From the NCBI GenBank assembly GCA_964473925.1, contig CAYYVW010000001.1, positions 38,974 to 102,973 on the forward strand: a DNA stretch of 64,000 bases, read 5' to 3'. The position numbers and the translations under genes were made by a program. Of the stretch, positions 48,532-58,844 are shown in pieces. The stretch is from an uncultured Verrucomicrobiaceae bacterium (lineage in GTDB: Bacteria > Verrucomicrobiota > Verrucomicrobiia > Methylacidiphilales > CAYYVW01). The notes below the pieces were generated by a model that was given only the letters and a program-made list of their open reading frames with translations, was not told the DNA's origin and ran no database searches. Each line of letters starts with the position of its first letter. Within the stretch, counting starts at the first letter, position 1.

Positions 48532-48652
48532 ACGGATTTGTTCTTTTCAAGTACCGCTAATCGGCAAAATCGTAAACTAGATTAATTAATTTTTCTTTAT
48601 TTGTGCGGTGTCGGGTGGTTGATTGACCGACAGCCGAGGTTCCGGCCTATTT

Positions 48653-50044
48653 ATGGCAGCGCAACTAAATAAGTTACACTCGCTTTTCCCGGCGGGAGTT
48701 CTCTTGACCCAACCCGAAGAGCTGGCTGCCTACAGCTACGATGGAACGCCCGGCCTGCGTCAGTTGCCTGCGGCAGTCGTGATGGCCGAAAATGAGGAAC
48801 AGATTATCGCACTGCTCCAATGGGCCAACCGCACGCGCACGCCTATTGTGCCGCGAGGGTCGGGGACAGGCCTTTCAGGAGGGAGCGTTCCCACTCCGGG
48901 GAGTGTGGTCTTATGTACGGCACGCATGAATCGAATTCTAGAGGTGGATGCGGGTAATTTGACGCTGCTGGCGGAAGCGGGAGCGACAACACAAGCTGTC
49001 GCAGATGCCGCGCAGGCAGCCGGGCTTTTTTATCCGCCGGATCCGGGCTCAATCAAGATTGCGACCATTGGGGGCAACGTGGCCGAAAATAGCGGCGGCT
49101 TGCGCGGCCTCAAGTACGGCGTCACGCGCGATTACATCCTGGCATTGGACGTTGTGCTTCCAACAGGAGAAGCAACGCGGCTTGGTACCGCATGCGTTAA
49201 GGATGTGGCTGGCTTTTCGCTCAAAGATCTCTTTATCGGCTCGGAAGGGCTTTTGGGAATCGTGACGCGCGTTCTGGTCAAATTAATCCCGCCGCCGCAG
49301 GCTCGGCAAACACTTTTGGCGACGTACTCGACGATGAAAGCGGCGGCACAAACTGCATCGGCGATTCTTGCCGCTAAGATTGTCCCCTGCACGCTGGAGT
49401 TCTTGGATCAAACCACGCTGCGATGTGTTGAAACGTACGCACATGTCGGGTTGCCGATTGAAGCGCAGGCCGTCATTTTAGTTGAAGTCGATGGACATCC
49501 CGCCGCTGTGGAAGAAGAAGCGCGAGCGATTGAAAAAATCGCCGGAGAGCAAGGTGCCTTGAAAGTCCGCCGCGCACAAAATGCGGTGGAGGCAACGCAA
49601 CTGGCAACCGCTCGTCGTAGCGCGCTCGCAGCGCTGGCGCATGTCGCACCCACTACGATTTTAGAAGATGTAACAGTGCCGCGCACCCACTTGGCAGAGA
49701 TGGTGGAGTTTATTCAAAAAATATCGATTCAGTATAAAGTCACGATCGGTACGTTCGGACATTTCGGCGATGGCAATCTGCATCCCACCTTCCTCACAAA
49801 TGAAAAAAATCTGGAGGAAATGGAGCGGGTTGAAAAAGCGATGGCCGCGATCTTTGAGCATGCCCTCGCGCTTGGTGGCACGATCACGGGCGAACATGGC
49901 GTGGGGCTCGCGAAGAAAAAATTCCTCAAGCAGCAACTTTCTCCTGCCGCGTTCAAGCTCACGCGCGAACTTAAAAAAGCGATGGATCCCAATGGAATCC
50001 TCAACCCGGGCAAAATTTACGACGCTGCAATGCCAGCAGCTTAA
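48653..50044 (+). CDS. glcD: FAD-linked oxidase, GlcD/D-lactate dehydrogenase family
   Basis: PRGSGTGLSGG, YPPDPGS, GGNVAENSGG..GLKYG, GSEGLLG, HFGDGNLH, GEHGVG, LNPGK. Confidence 0.88.
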   Translation: MAAQLNKLHSLFPAGVLLTQPEELAAYSYDGTPGLRQLPAAVVMAENEEQIIALLQWANRTRTPIVPRGSGTGLSGGSVPTPGSVVLCTARMNRILEVDAGNLTLLAEAGATTQAVADAAQAAGLFYPPDPGSIKIATIGGNVAENSGGLRGLKYGVTRDYILALDVVLPTGEATRLGTACVKDVAGFSLKDLFIGSEGLLGIVTRVLVKLIPPPQARQTLLATYSTMKAAAQTASAILAAKIVPCTLEFLDQTTLRCVETYAHVGLPIEAQAVILVEVDGHPAAVEEEARAIEKIAGEQGALKVRRAQNAVEATQLATARRSALAALAHVAPTTILEDVTVPRTHLAEMVEFIQKISIQYKVTIGTFGHFGDGNLHPTFLTNEKNLEEMERVEKAMAAIFEHALALGGTITGEHGVGLAKKKFLKQQLSPAAFKLTRELKKAMDPNGILNPGKIYDAAMPAA

Positions 50045-51012
50045 ACCTGGGAGGCGACGCTTTCGGCTTCTTGTGTTTCAAGCTCTTCGTCACGCGGGTA
50101 GAGCTGCCGGACAATGGTCTGCATATCGAGAGCGGTATGATGCAGTTTTTCTGCTGCCGTATTCAAATGCTCGGCGTATTTAGATAGCGGATGTTCAGAG
50201 CTGATCTCACGGCTCAGTAAAAAAGAATATCCCATGAGGGCCGTCATGTGATTATTTAGGTCATGTAGCTTGCCGCGAAGCTGTTGGCCTAGTGGATCGG
50301 TTGCCGGCTTTTTTTCAGAATCCAAGCATGCGGCTGCGAGCTTCCAGTCTTCGGGATTGGTTACTTTGAGATTGGAAGCTTGATGCGTCACGATTTGCAC
50401 CGGATATCCCGCGGCTTCGGCAGCGGCGGTGTCATCGGTGACAATGCCGCCGCCTTTGCGCACAGCGGCATATCCTTCTGCCAGCACGGATCTGCGGAAA
50501 ATTTGCGGCGTCTGCACGGCCCAAATTTTACTCCGATCGACGGTACGGACGACGCGGCCATCAGCGGCTGCTTCTTTGAGCGTATCGGTGGAGGGACATC
50601 CGCAGACCGCGGCTCCATGTTCTTGGGCTGCGGCGAAGATTTTCTCGACGAGCTCGGGATTGACGAGCGGCCGAGCGGCGTCATGGATGAGCACATACTC
50701 GGCATTTGGCGAAATCGCACTGAGACCGGCTTGGACAGAATCTTGCCGGTCTTTCCCGCCATGCACGAATTTGCAGGGGATAGAGCTTTTAGACAGATTC
50801 AGAGCGGAGCGCAAAATTTCTTCCGTATCGGGGCGTACGACCACGACCAGTTCGGAGATCAACGACGAAAGCAGGAGCCGCTCGATTGTCAAAGCCACTA
50901 AGGGCCGCCCGAGCACGGGAGTTGTGATTTTATCAAAACCCATCCGACGGCTGGAACCTGCCGCAACAATGACGGCGGCGAGTGAAGGAGCGGCGCTGGT
51001 CTTTTTCGTCAT
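50041..51012 (-). CDS. ispD: IspD (MEP cytidylyltransferase) with C-terminal HisKA/DHp-like extension
   Basis: AAGSSRRMG, GGKDRQDSV, IHDAARP, QTPQ, TDD, NLKVT.PED; then LHDLNNHMTALMGYS H-box-like segment. Confidence 0.93.
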   Translation of the reverse strand: MTKKTSAAPSLAAVIVAAGSSRRMGFDKITTPVLGRPLVALTIERLLLSSLISELVVVVRPDTEEILRSALNLSKSSIPCKFVHGGKDRQDSVQAGLSAISPNAEYVLIHDAARPLVNPELVEKIFAAAQEHGAAVCGCPSTDTLKEAAADGRVVRTVDRSKIWAVQTPQIFRRSVLAEGYAAVRKGGGIVTDDTAAAEAAGYPVQIVTHQASNLKVTNPEDWKLAAACLDSEKKPATDPLGQQLRGKLHDLNNHMTALMGYSFLLSREISSEHPLSKYAEHLNTAAEKLHHTALDMQTIVRQLYPRDEELETQEAESVASQV

Positions 51013-51054
51013 AATACAACCTGCAGAGAGAAACAGCCGGCACCTGAAATTCGA

Positions 51055-51819
51055 TCAGCGCCTTTTTTGAGATTTTTCTTTATCTTTATCGGCTGAATCT
51101 GAATAGAAAAGAACGCCGTGCTCGCGCAAGTTGCTTACAAACGCTGCAAGATCGGCCGAAAGCTTTGGATCATTAAGCAGGCGCCCAAAACCGCTCTTGG
51201 TCGAGTCAACTTTGGTCAGCAGGCCATCGACGCGGCCCAGGATGCTGCGCAAATGTTTGATGGATTGCCGCAAATCTTCCGCGGTGGCATCGGTAAGAAT
51301 ATCACGATTGAGGCGGCTGATGAATTCTTGAAGCTGCCCGGCGATTACATTGGCCTTGTCGAGCAACGGCTTGGAGCCTTCCGTCAAATCTGCCAAGCCG
51401 GGCGTGCGGTATCCTTGAATGCGATCTCCCGCCTGCAGAAAGGGAGGCTCGGCTTCACCCGGAACCAGAGCGCGGGCCTGGACGTCCACAAAGCGGTCTC
51501 CTAACAGGCCGGAGGAACCGATGACAAACTTGGCATTTTGGCGGATTTTAACTTCCTCATGAATGGTCAGCCATACTTCCACCGCGCGCCCCTCATCGAT
51601 GACAACTGGCGGATGCATCACCCGTCCAACGGGTGCGCCGGCATAGAGGACGCTTGAGCCTTTGAGCAATCCGCTGGCATTCTCAAACGTAACGGCAATC
51701 GCATATGAGTTGCGCCAGGATTCTCCAACTCGGCCGAACATCACGATGAGGGCGGCGATGATCGCCAAACCGGCCAGGAGGAAAAATCCTACGCGAGTTT
51801 CGAGGTGCTTGGCTTGCAT
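51055..51819 (-). CDS. MlaD/MCE family protein
   Basis: N-terminal TM, F.NASGL..GS.V.YAG..VG.V, SSGLLGDRFVD. Confidence 0.9.
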   Translation of the reverse strand: MQAKHLETRVGFFLLAGLAIIAALIVMFGRVGESWRNSYAIAVTFENASGLLKGSSVLYAGAPVGRVMHPPVVIDEGRAVEVWLTIHEEVKIRQNAKFVIGSSGLLGDRFVDVQARALVPGEAEPPFLQAGDRIQGYRTPGLADLTEGSKPLLDKANVIAGQLQEFISRLNRDILTDATAEDLRQSIKHLRSILGRVDGLLTKVDSTKSGFGRLLNDPKLSADLAAFVSNLREHGVLFYSDSADKDKEKSQKRR

Positions 51820-51912
51820 GGAAAAAACAATGCCGCCTCTTCCTTTAAAACGGCGGTCAAGGAGTAGGATGCCTCCCGCAGATGGCTTCGGGCAATCGAA
51901 AAAACAGATCTT

Positions 51913-53370
51913 TTATCCGCGAGCCTGCGCTTCAAAATCTCGGTACATTTCACCCATGACGTGGGGTCGACGCAAACGCAAATACCAAAACCAAAGCATT
52001 CCACCCGCCAGCCATGCCACGAAGACATAGGGCAGATAGCACAGCGGCGGAGGCGGGACGGGATAGAGGCTGCCAATCAGGGGGGCCAGCAGAAAAGCGA
52101 TCGCTAGTACGGACATTATTACAGCTTTACCGACGGGTCGTTTTTGTTTCCGGAAATAAATTGGCGATGCGATGCAAACGAGCAGGTAAGAGAAAATCAG
52201 GCCCAGCATCCCGATCGTTCCGAACCATGTTACAATTGTAAGCAACTTCACTCCTGCCAGAAAGAGTCCCAAGAAAAGGCCCAGCCCTAGCACGCATATC
52301 CCGGCCAGCGCGACATGCGGTGTCGCATTGACCGCGTGAGCGTTTCCGGCTGCCCGGAGGGCGAGCCCATGCCGCGCCATCGCAAAGATGAGTCGCGATC
52401 CGGCATTTAAGAAAGCGAGACTCGCCGCAAAGAGGCTGATCGCCGCGCCCAGCGTGATGAAGTGCCCCAAGATCGGAGCGCCCGCCAGCGCGGCAAGATT
52501 ATTGAGCGGTGCTTCCATTTTATCCAGTGACGGCGTGTGATCTCGAAAAGCCGCCACCATCGCATACGAAGTGAACACAAAAAACGGCCCTGTCAGCAGC
52601 ACGGAGTAAAGGATCACGCGCGGGACCGTTTTATGCGGCAGCTTGGCCTCATGCCCGAGCGTTGCGGCGCTTTCAAATCCGCCGAAGCTGAGGAACGCAA
52701 GCGTCAAGCCCAACCCAAAGCCCGGTAGCGTAATATTCTCCAGAAAAAGCTGAGACGAATCGATCAGCTCGCCCGGTCCAAGAAAAAAGAACAGAATCAA
52801 CAAAAGGACAACCCCGATGGAAACCAGCTCCAGCAGCAGCATCAATCGCGTTGAAAAACGAATATCCTTATAGGTGATAAGCCAGAGCAATCCCGTGGTC
52901 AGCACTGCCAGAACAACAATGCCAGTGGAATTCAAATTCCAACCGAGCGCGTTATGTAGGAAGGCTTTGATAAAAATCGCAATGATCGCGAGGTTCGCCG
53001 GCAAGGCTAATAGGTACATCGTCAAGCCGGACCAGCCGGTAAATGCCCCCCAAAATGGGCCCATTCCTCGGCCCACAAAAGTGTAGAGCGCACCGGGAGA
53101 GCTTTGAGCTCGCGCAAACTGGTTAATGTGCCAGGCGACGAGCAAAACGGCGCAAGTTGCAAAAGCGTATGCCAGCCACGTCGCATTCCCAGCGATTCCA
53201 AATACCAGCGCAACCGCGATTGCAGGGGTTGCCGTGGGGGAAATTGCGGCAACGGATTGGGCGAGGACCTCCCAGAGCGAGAGAACTTGCGCGCGGAGAT
53301 ACGGCCTCCGAGCATTCCCTGCCGCTTCCATCCGACGACTATTTAAGCCTGTTTTTGGATTGGCAAGCAC
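51913..53370 (-). CDS. APC family amino-acid permease
   Basis: AAISPT, FLSFGGFESAATLGHE, SRLIFAMAR; about 12 TM segments. Confidence 0.9.
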   Translation of the reverse strand: MLANPKTGLNSRRMEAAGNARRPYLRAQVLSLWEVLAQSVAAISPTATPAIAVALVFGIAGNATWLAYAFATCAVLLVAWHINQFARAQSSPGALYTFVGRGMGPFWGAFTGWSGLTMYLLALPANLAIIAIFIKAFLHNALGWNLNSTGIVVLAVLTTGLLWLITYKDIRFSTRLMLLLELVSIGVVLLLILFFFLGPGELIDSSQLFLENITLPGFGLGLTLAFLSFGGFESAATLGHEAKLPHKTVPRVILYSVLLTGPFFVFTSYAMVAAFRDHTPSLDKMEAPLNNLAALAGAPILGHFITLGAAISLFAASLAFLNAGSRLIFAMARHGLALRAAGNAHAVNATPHVALAGICVLGLGLFLGLFLAGVKLLTIVTWFGTIGMLGLIFSYLLVCIASPIYFRKQKRPVGKAVIMSVLAIAFLLAPLIGSLYPVPPPPLCYLPYVFVAWLAGGMLWFWYLRLRRPHVMGEMYRDFEAQARG

Positions 53371-53408
53371 CGAGTTGACAGCGTTGCCGCCTCGGGCAAC
53401 ATACGCCC

Positions 53409-54686
53409 GTGCAGTTTGAAGTGGAGCGTTTTGGATCAGCCGCCGGAGGCGGGATCGTCGTCGCTTCTATGCCGGGTGTTGAGAGCGTCTCGGCCGGTTT
53501 GTGGCTCGCGGTGGGCGGCCGTCACGAAGCGCCGCGGGTTCACGGCGTTTCTCATTTTCTCGAGCACATGCTCTTCAAAGGCACGCGCCAGCGCACGGCC
53601 AAGCAACTCTCGCAATCCGTCGAGTGTGTCGGCGGCTACCTCAACGCCTTCACTGCGGAGGAGATGACCTGCTACTTCGCCAAGGCGAGCGCGCGCCATT
53701 TGTCTATTATCCTCAACGTGCTGATGGATATGCTCCTCAACTCCACCTTTCCGGTAGAAGAGATCAACCGGGAGCGCGGCGTCATCATCGAAGAGGTTCG
53801 CATGTACAACGACCAGCCTGCGCAGGTCGCGACCGAACAGCTCAGCGCGCTCCTCTGGCCTGGGCATCCGTTAGGTCGTAATCTGACCGGAACGCAGGAG
53901 GGGATCGCTGCGATTCGCCGGCAAGATCTCGTCGGGCACTGCCGCCGGAATTACCATAAAGGCAATCTCTGGATTGTCGTCGCGGGCAAGACAGATTTGG
54001 AGCAAGTCAAAACCTACCTGCGGCCATGGCTTAAAAAACTGCGCACAGGTCGGCAGCCGGTTGTCACGCCGGTGCGGACACCCAAGACCGGTCCGAGTGT
54101 GCGAGTGATTCACAAAGTTGCTGAGCAGACGCAGCTCGCCGTCGGCTTTCGCGGAGTGTCACGGCACGACTCACGACGATACGCGCTGCGGTTGCTCAGC
54201 GTCATGCTCGGCGAGAACATGAGTTCCCGCCTATTTCAAACCATGCGCGAGCGGCACGGCTTGGTTTATGAGATCAGTTCTTCGATCGCACATTTTACCG
54301 ATGCAGGTCAGTTTGCTGTTACCGCAGGGCTTGAGAGTGCGAATTTTTCGAAAGGCTTTCGGTTAATTCTTGAAACATTGCGTGCTGCTGCCAATCGCGC
54401 GCCGTCGAGCCGTGAATTGCAACGGGCGAAGGATTACATGTTGGGTCAATTTTATTTGGGCCTGGAAAGCACCAGCAACCGGATGCTGTGGGTGGGAGAG
54501 AGTCTGATCGCACATCGGCGCATCTGGCAGCCCGATCAAATTGCCGAGCGGGTCGAGGCCGTCACGCCGCAGCAAGTTTGTGAGATTGCGCAGGCTGTGC
54601 TTCGACCAGAACGTTGCTGCGTTTCAGTTGTCAGTCCGAATATCGAGCGCGGTCAAATCGACCCAATCCTCAAGGCTGTTTGGTAA
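53409..54686 (+). CDS. M16 family zinc peptidase
   Basis: GVSHFLEHMLFKGT (HxxEH), LNAFT, ERGVIIEE, SSRLFQ..RE. Confidence 0.93.
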   Translation: MQFEVERFGSAAGGGIVVASMPGVESVSAGLWLAVGGRHEAPRVHGVSHFLEHMLFKGTRQRTAKQLSQSVECVGGYLNAFTAEEMTCYFAKASARHLSIILNVLMDMLLNSTFPVEEINRERGVIIEEVRMYNDQPAQVATEQLSALLWPGHPLGRNLTGTQEGIAAIRRQDLVGHCRRNYHKGNLWIVVAGKTDLEQVKTYLRPWLKKLRTGRQPVVTPVRTPKTGPSVRVIHKVAEQTQLAVGFRGVSRHDSRRYALRLLSVMLGENMSSRLFQTMRERHGLVYEISSSIAHFTDAGQFAVTAGLESANFSKGFRLILETLRAAANRAPSSRELQRAKDYMLGQFYLGLESTSNRMLWVGESLIAHRRIWQPDQIAERVEAVTPQQVCEIAQAVLRPERCCVSVVSPNIERGQIDPILKAVW

Positions 54687-54701
54687 AAGGAACGTCTCGG
54701 A

Positions 54702-55067
54702 TTATTCCGAAGTCGGCGGCTCTTGTTCCGGCTGATCGATCTCTTGCAAGATTTGCATGACGCGGTTCCCGCGCGTGACCGATTCATCAAATCGAAAGTG
54801 CAAGTGAGGCGTGAACTTGGTTTGCAGCGCCTTGCCGATGGCTTGCTGCCATTCGTGCCTGTGGACGTTGAGCCGGTTGATGACGCCCGCGGGCGTCTGA
54901 TCCGAGTTCAGCACGCTGAAGTAGACGAACGCGTGGCGCAGGTCGGGCGACACTTCGATGTCCAGGATTGTGAGAATGAGTTCCTGCAAATCCCCGGTGC
55001 GGCGAATTTGGTTGGTGAGTTGCTGGCGCAGCACTTCGGCGACGCGGACGGTCCGGCGGGTGGGCAT
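54702..55067 (-). CDS. rbfA: Ribosome-binding factor A
   Basis: RR..RVAE, I..IEVSPDLRHA.VY, FTP.LHF..D; ATG at 55067. Confidence 0.88.
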   Translation of the reverse strand: MPTRRTVRVAEVLRQQLTNQIRRTGDLQELILTILDIEVSPDLRHAFVYFSVLNSDQTPAGVINRLNVHRHEWQQAIGKALQTKFTPHLHFRFDESVTRGNRVMQILQEIDQPEQEPPTSE

Positions 55068-55087
55068 GGCGTACTCGGGCCTCGAGG

Positions 55088-57262
55088 TTAAAGCGATTGC
55101 GCGATCTTCTCGAGCTGGTAGCACTCGATGATGTCGTCGGCTTCGTATTCGGTAAAATTACCCAAGCGAATACCGCACTCGAGCCCCGCACGCACTTCGT
55201 TGGTGTCGTCCTGGAAGCGCTTGAGCGTGACGATGCTGCCGTCGTAGATCGGCTGCTTGCGGCGCAGCACGCGCGCACGGCCCGACTTGGTGATCCGGCC
55301 AGTGACCACTTCGCAGCCTGCCACAGGGAATTTGGAAAGATCGAACACTTGTTTGACGCGCGCGGTGCCGAGTTGCGTTTCGCGTAGCTCTGGATCGAGC
55401 ATGCCGGTCATCGCGTCGCGGACTTGGTCGATCAATTCATAGATAATGCTGAAGAGTTTAATCTGCACGCCTTCGCGCTTGGCAGCGGCTGCCGCGGCGC
55501 CGTCCGTTTTCGTGTTAAAGCCGATCACGATGGCCTGCGATGCTTGCGCCAAAAGAATGTCGGATTCAGAAATGGGGCCCACTGCATTGTGGATGATCTC
55601 CAGGTCAATCTTCTTGCTCTCGATTTTATTGAGAGACGCGGCAATCGCTTCCATCGAGCCTTGGACGTCGCCCTTCAAAATCAGCTTCAAATTCTTGCGC
55701 TGGCTGTTGTTGATTGAGCTGAGGAGATTTTCAAGCGTCACCTTGGGTCCGCTCTCGAGTTTAGCTGTACGCTGCGTTTGCGTCCGCTCTTCAGCCAGCT
55801 CGCGTGCTTCGCGTTCACTCTTCATCACGTTGAATTCTTCACCGGGGGAGGGGATGCCATCGAAGCCCAGGATCTTGACCGGCGTTGACGGACGGGCCTC
55901 TTTGACGTTTTTTCCGAGATCGTTGAGCAGCGCTTTCACGCGGCCGGAATGCGGGCCCGCGATGATCGAGTCCCCAACACGCAAGATGCCACGCGTGACG
56001 ATTGCCGTTGCCGTTGGGCCGCGGCCTTGTTCGAACTGGGATTCAATGATGCGCCCAGCCGCGGCGCCGCTCACGTCGGCCTTCAGTTCCAAAATTTCCG
56101 CCTGCAGCATCATCATTTCGAGCAAGCGCTCAATGCCCGTTCCTTTCGTCGCCGAAACTTCGCAGCAAATTGTATCGCCGCCGTAATCTTCGGCAACGAG
56201 GCCCTGCTCCTGCAGCTGCGACTTCACGCGGGTGATGTTGGCCGACGCCAAATCGACTTTATTGATTGCGACCATCAGGGAAACCTTGGCCGCGCGAGCG
56301 TGGCTGATCGCTTCCAGCGTCTGCGGCATCAGTCCGTCGTCCGCGGCAACCACCAGCACAACGATATCGGTGATGTTCGCCCCGCGCGCACGCATCGCCG
56401 TAAAAGCGGCGTGGCCGGGCGTGTCGAGGAACGTGATCAAGTGTCCGTTACGCTCAATCTGGTACGCGCCGATATGCTGCGTAATCCCGCCGGCTTCTCC
56501 GGCGGCGACGCGCGCCTGGCGAATCGCATCGAGCAGCGACGTCTTGCCGTGGTCGACGTGACCCATAAACGTGATGACTGGTGCGCGCGGCTCGAGCTTT
56601 GCGGTCGGCGCATGCACCGCAGGCGTGGGCACGACGACTTTTGCGGGCGCATGGACTTGTCCGGCCCCGCGTTCGCGCTTTTCCACGTCAAAGACAAAGC
56701 CATTTTTAGTGACGATCGTGCGCGCCACTTCTTCATCCACTGTTTGGTTGAGCGTCGCAAACACGTTCATCTCCATCAGCTGATGGATGATTTGGAACGG
56801 CTTGAGGTTGAGCTTAACCGCCAAATCTTTCACCACGATTGGCGGGCGCATCGTGATCACCTTATCGTCCTTAGCACTCGGCTCTGCAGACGACGGCGCG
56901 GAAGGGGCTGCCGCCTTTTCCTGAGCTAGCACAGGCGCGCTGGTCTCAGGCTTGGAGGTAGTAGGCGGGTTGGAAGGCGTCGAAATATGAGAGACAGCCG
57001 GTGCTGCAGGTTTGGAGAGAGGCGTCGGCGCTGCGCTCTTGGGCTTGCTTGGAGCAAGCGCCGGTTGAGCTGCCTTCACCTTGGACGGGGAGCCCGCTTT
57101 TACCGGCTCTTTCGCTACGACCGTTTTTTTCGCGGGAGCGGCCGGCTTTTGTTCCTTGGCCTTGGAGACGGAAGAGGCCTTTGCCACCTTGCTCGTCGAC
57201 TTGGGCCGTACTGCTTTTGCTTTAACGGAAGTCGAAGCTGGTGTTTTGGAGGGCTTAGGCAT
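55088..57262 (-). CDS. infB: Translation initiation factor IF-2
   Basis: [31 protein letters not shown]; Lys/Ala/Pro-rich N-terminus. Confidence 0.97.
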   Translation of the reverse strand: MPKPSKTPASTSVKAKAVRPKSTSKVAKASSVSKAKEQKPAAPAKKTVVAKEPVKAGSPSKVKAAQPALAPSKPKSAAPTPLSKPAAPAVSHISTPSNPPTTSKPETSAPVLAQEKAAAPSAPSSAEPSAKDDKVITMRPPIVVKDLAVKLNLKPFQIIHQLMEMNVFATLNQTVDEEVARTIVTKNGFVFDVEKRERGAGQVHAPAKVVVPTPAVHAPTAKLEPRAPVITFMGHVDHGKTSLLDAIRQARVAAGEAGGITQHIGAYQIERNGHLITFLDTPGHAAFTAMRARGANITDIVVLVVAADDGLMPQTLEAISHARAAKVSLMVAINKVDLASANITRVKSQLQEQGLVAEDYGGDTICCEVSATKGTGIERLLEMMMLQAEILELKADVSGAAAGRIIESQFEQGRGPTATAIVTRGILRVGDSIIAGPHSGRVKALLNDLGKNVKEARPSTPVKILGFDGIPSPGEEFNVMKSEREARELAEERTQTQRTAKLESGPKVTLENLLSSINNSQRKNLKLILKGDVQGSMEAIAASLNKIESKKIDLEIIHNAVGPISESDILLAQASQAIVIGFNTKTDGAAAAAAKREGVQIKLFSIIYELIDQVRDAMTGMLDPELRETQLGTARVKQVFDLSKFPVAGCEVVTGRITKSGRARVLRRKQPIYDGSIVTLKRFQDDTNEVRAGLECGIRLGNFTEYEADDIIECYQLEKIAQSL

Positions 57263-57307
57263 GAAAATAAAAAATGTAATCCGGAATCATCCGTAGGCAA
57301 GTGGGCG

Positions 57308-58582
57308 CTAATCGGAAGCAGGCGCCTCTGCTGCCTTGTTCGCCTTTTCAACCGCAGCGCGACGGATCGCTTCCCGCTGTTCGGCCGGCATTTCAGGCAG
57401 TGCCGCGGCAAAATCCTCGTCGTCGACTTCCATGATGCTTTCAATATTGAGGAACCCGGCGCGGACAATCTGCTCGGTCACACTCGGCTCGACCGAAAGC
57501 GCAGTGGCTAAAGATTGAATCGCTTTCGTCAGCTTTTCTTCAAAGCCCATCGCCGTCGTGGCTTCTTCTTCGACGTCAATCTCCCAGCCGGTAATCTTGG
57601 AAGCCAAGCGGGCATTTTGACCGCGGCGGCCGATCGCAAGCGAAAGGTTCTCTTTATCCACCGTCACCTTGATACGGTGCGAAGCTTCGTCGACCTCAAC
57701 ATTCTTGAGCTTGGCCGGCTTGAGCGCTTCGACTACTAGCTCCTTGATATTCGGCGACCAGCGGAAAACGTCCACTTTTTCGTTATTGAGCTCGCGGACG
57801 ACATTCTTGATGCGTGCGCCCTTCATTCCGACCAACGCGCCGACTGGATCGACTTTCTTGTTAGTAGAATCCACCGCCAGCTTGGTCCGGTAGCCGGCTT
57901 CGCGAGCCATCGCCTTGACTTCAATTGTGCCATCGGAGAGTTCGTTGACTTCCGATTCAAAAAGCTTCACCACAAAATTCGGATGCGCACGCGAAAGGAT
58001 CATTTCCGGGCCCCGCGGTGTGTTGGTGATGGAAACAACGTAAGCGCGCAGTCGTTCGCCGGGCGTATACTCTTCGGTCGGGACGCGCTCGCGAGCCGGC
58101 ATCACGCCTTCAAAGCGGCCAACATCCAAAATCACGTCGGAGCGCTCAAACCGGCGTACCGTTACCGTCAGGAGCGTATCGGCCCGATCCTTAAACTCGT
58201 TGTAAATCATCTCACGGCCGATGTCGCGCAAGTCGCCGCTCATCGCCTGCTTGAACGCACGCGTGGCAATGCGGCTAAAATCTTTCGGTGTGACTTCAAC
58301 TTGAATGACCTCGCCCGGCTGCGCATCCGGCTTGGTTTCACGGGCGCGCAGAAGGGAAATCTCTTTGCTATCCTTCGTTACGCGATCCACTACGGTGACA
58401 GAAGCCAGTACGCGCATTTTGCTTGTCTTAGGGTCCATCTCCACTTCAAGCGGCACTTCGAGCCCGACATTTTTTTGAGCAGCGGCTAGCAGCGCATTCT
58501 TAATCGCATTGGTGATTTGGCTGGAGGGGATGCCGCGGTCTGCGGCGAGGTGACCAATAATGGCGTTAAGTTCTTGGTTCAT
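57308..58582 (-). CDS. nusA: Transcription termination/antitermination factor NusA
   Basis: S1 and KH domains: AREAGYRTKLAV, DPVGALVG.KG.R, LAIGRRGQNARLA; ATG at 58582. Confidence 0.96.
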   Translation of the reverse strand: MNQELNAIIGHLAADRGIPSSQITNAIKNALLAAAQKNVGLEVPLEVEMDPKTSKMRVLASVTVVDRVTKDSKEISLLRARETKPDAQPGEVIQVEVTPKDFSRIATRAFKQAMSGDLRDIGREMIYNEFKDRADTLLTVTVRRFERSDVILDVGRFEGVMPARERVPTEEYTPGERLRAYVVSITNTPRGPEMILSRAHPNFVVKLFESEVNELSDGTIEVKAMAREAGYRTKLAVDSTNKKVDPVGALVGMKGARIKNVVRELNNEKVDVFRWSPNIKELVVEALKPAKLKNVEVDEASHRIKVTVDKENLSLAIGRRGQNARLASKITGWEIDVEEEATTAMGFEEKLTKAIQSLATALSVEPSVTEQIVRAGFLNIESIMEVDDEDFAAALPEMPAEQREAIRRAAVEKANKAAEAPASD

Positions 58583-58640
58583 CTTGAGTAAGTGCGTCTT
58601 GGGGTAAAAGAGGATTCGAATTGCCAGAGCCTTCAAGCGG

Positions 58641-58678
58641 AAAAAAAAAGTGGAAACTGGCCTCCAGTTCCCACTTTT
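58641..58678 (-). terminator. Intrinsic terminator/attenuator in the nusA leader
   Basis: Transcript AAAAGUGGGAACUGG-AGG-CCAGUUUCCACUUUU plus further U's, about 60 nt upstream of nusA ATG. Confidence 0.75.
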
Positions 58679-58710
58679 CGTCTTTCACGAGAAAGCGTGG
58701 CTAAGCTCCA

Positions 58711-58740
58711 AGAGTAGGCCGAGCTTCACAAATGCGTCAA
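58711..58740 (-). promoter_or_regulatory. Candidate sigma70 promoter for nusA-infB-rbfA
   Basis: TTGACG-N18-TACTCT just upstream of the leader hairpin. Confidence 0.5.
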
Positions 58741-58844
58741 GCGGTTTTGGCTCCGGAAATGAGGTGTTTTTTAAGATCTACGCTCAGCATGACAATGTTG
58801 TGTGAGCTGCAAAAATTTGGGCCACCACGAGCAAAAAATCTCTC

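Noticed and set aside
48367-48585. Cys/Trp-rich 72-aa plus-strand ORF as a RiPP or metal-binding peptide
   Set aside because: No RBS, no modifying enzymes nearby, and it is antisense to an equally plausible ORF.
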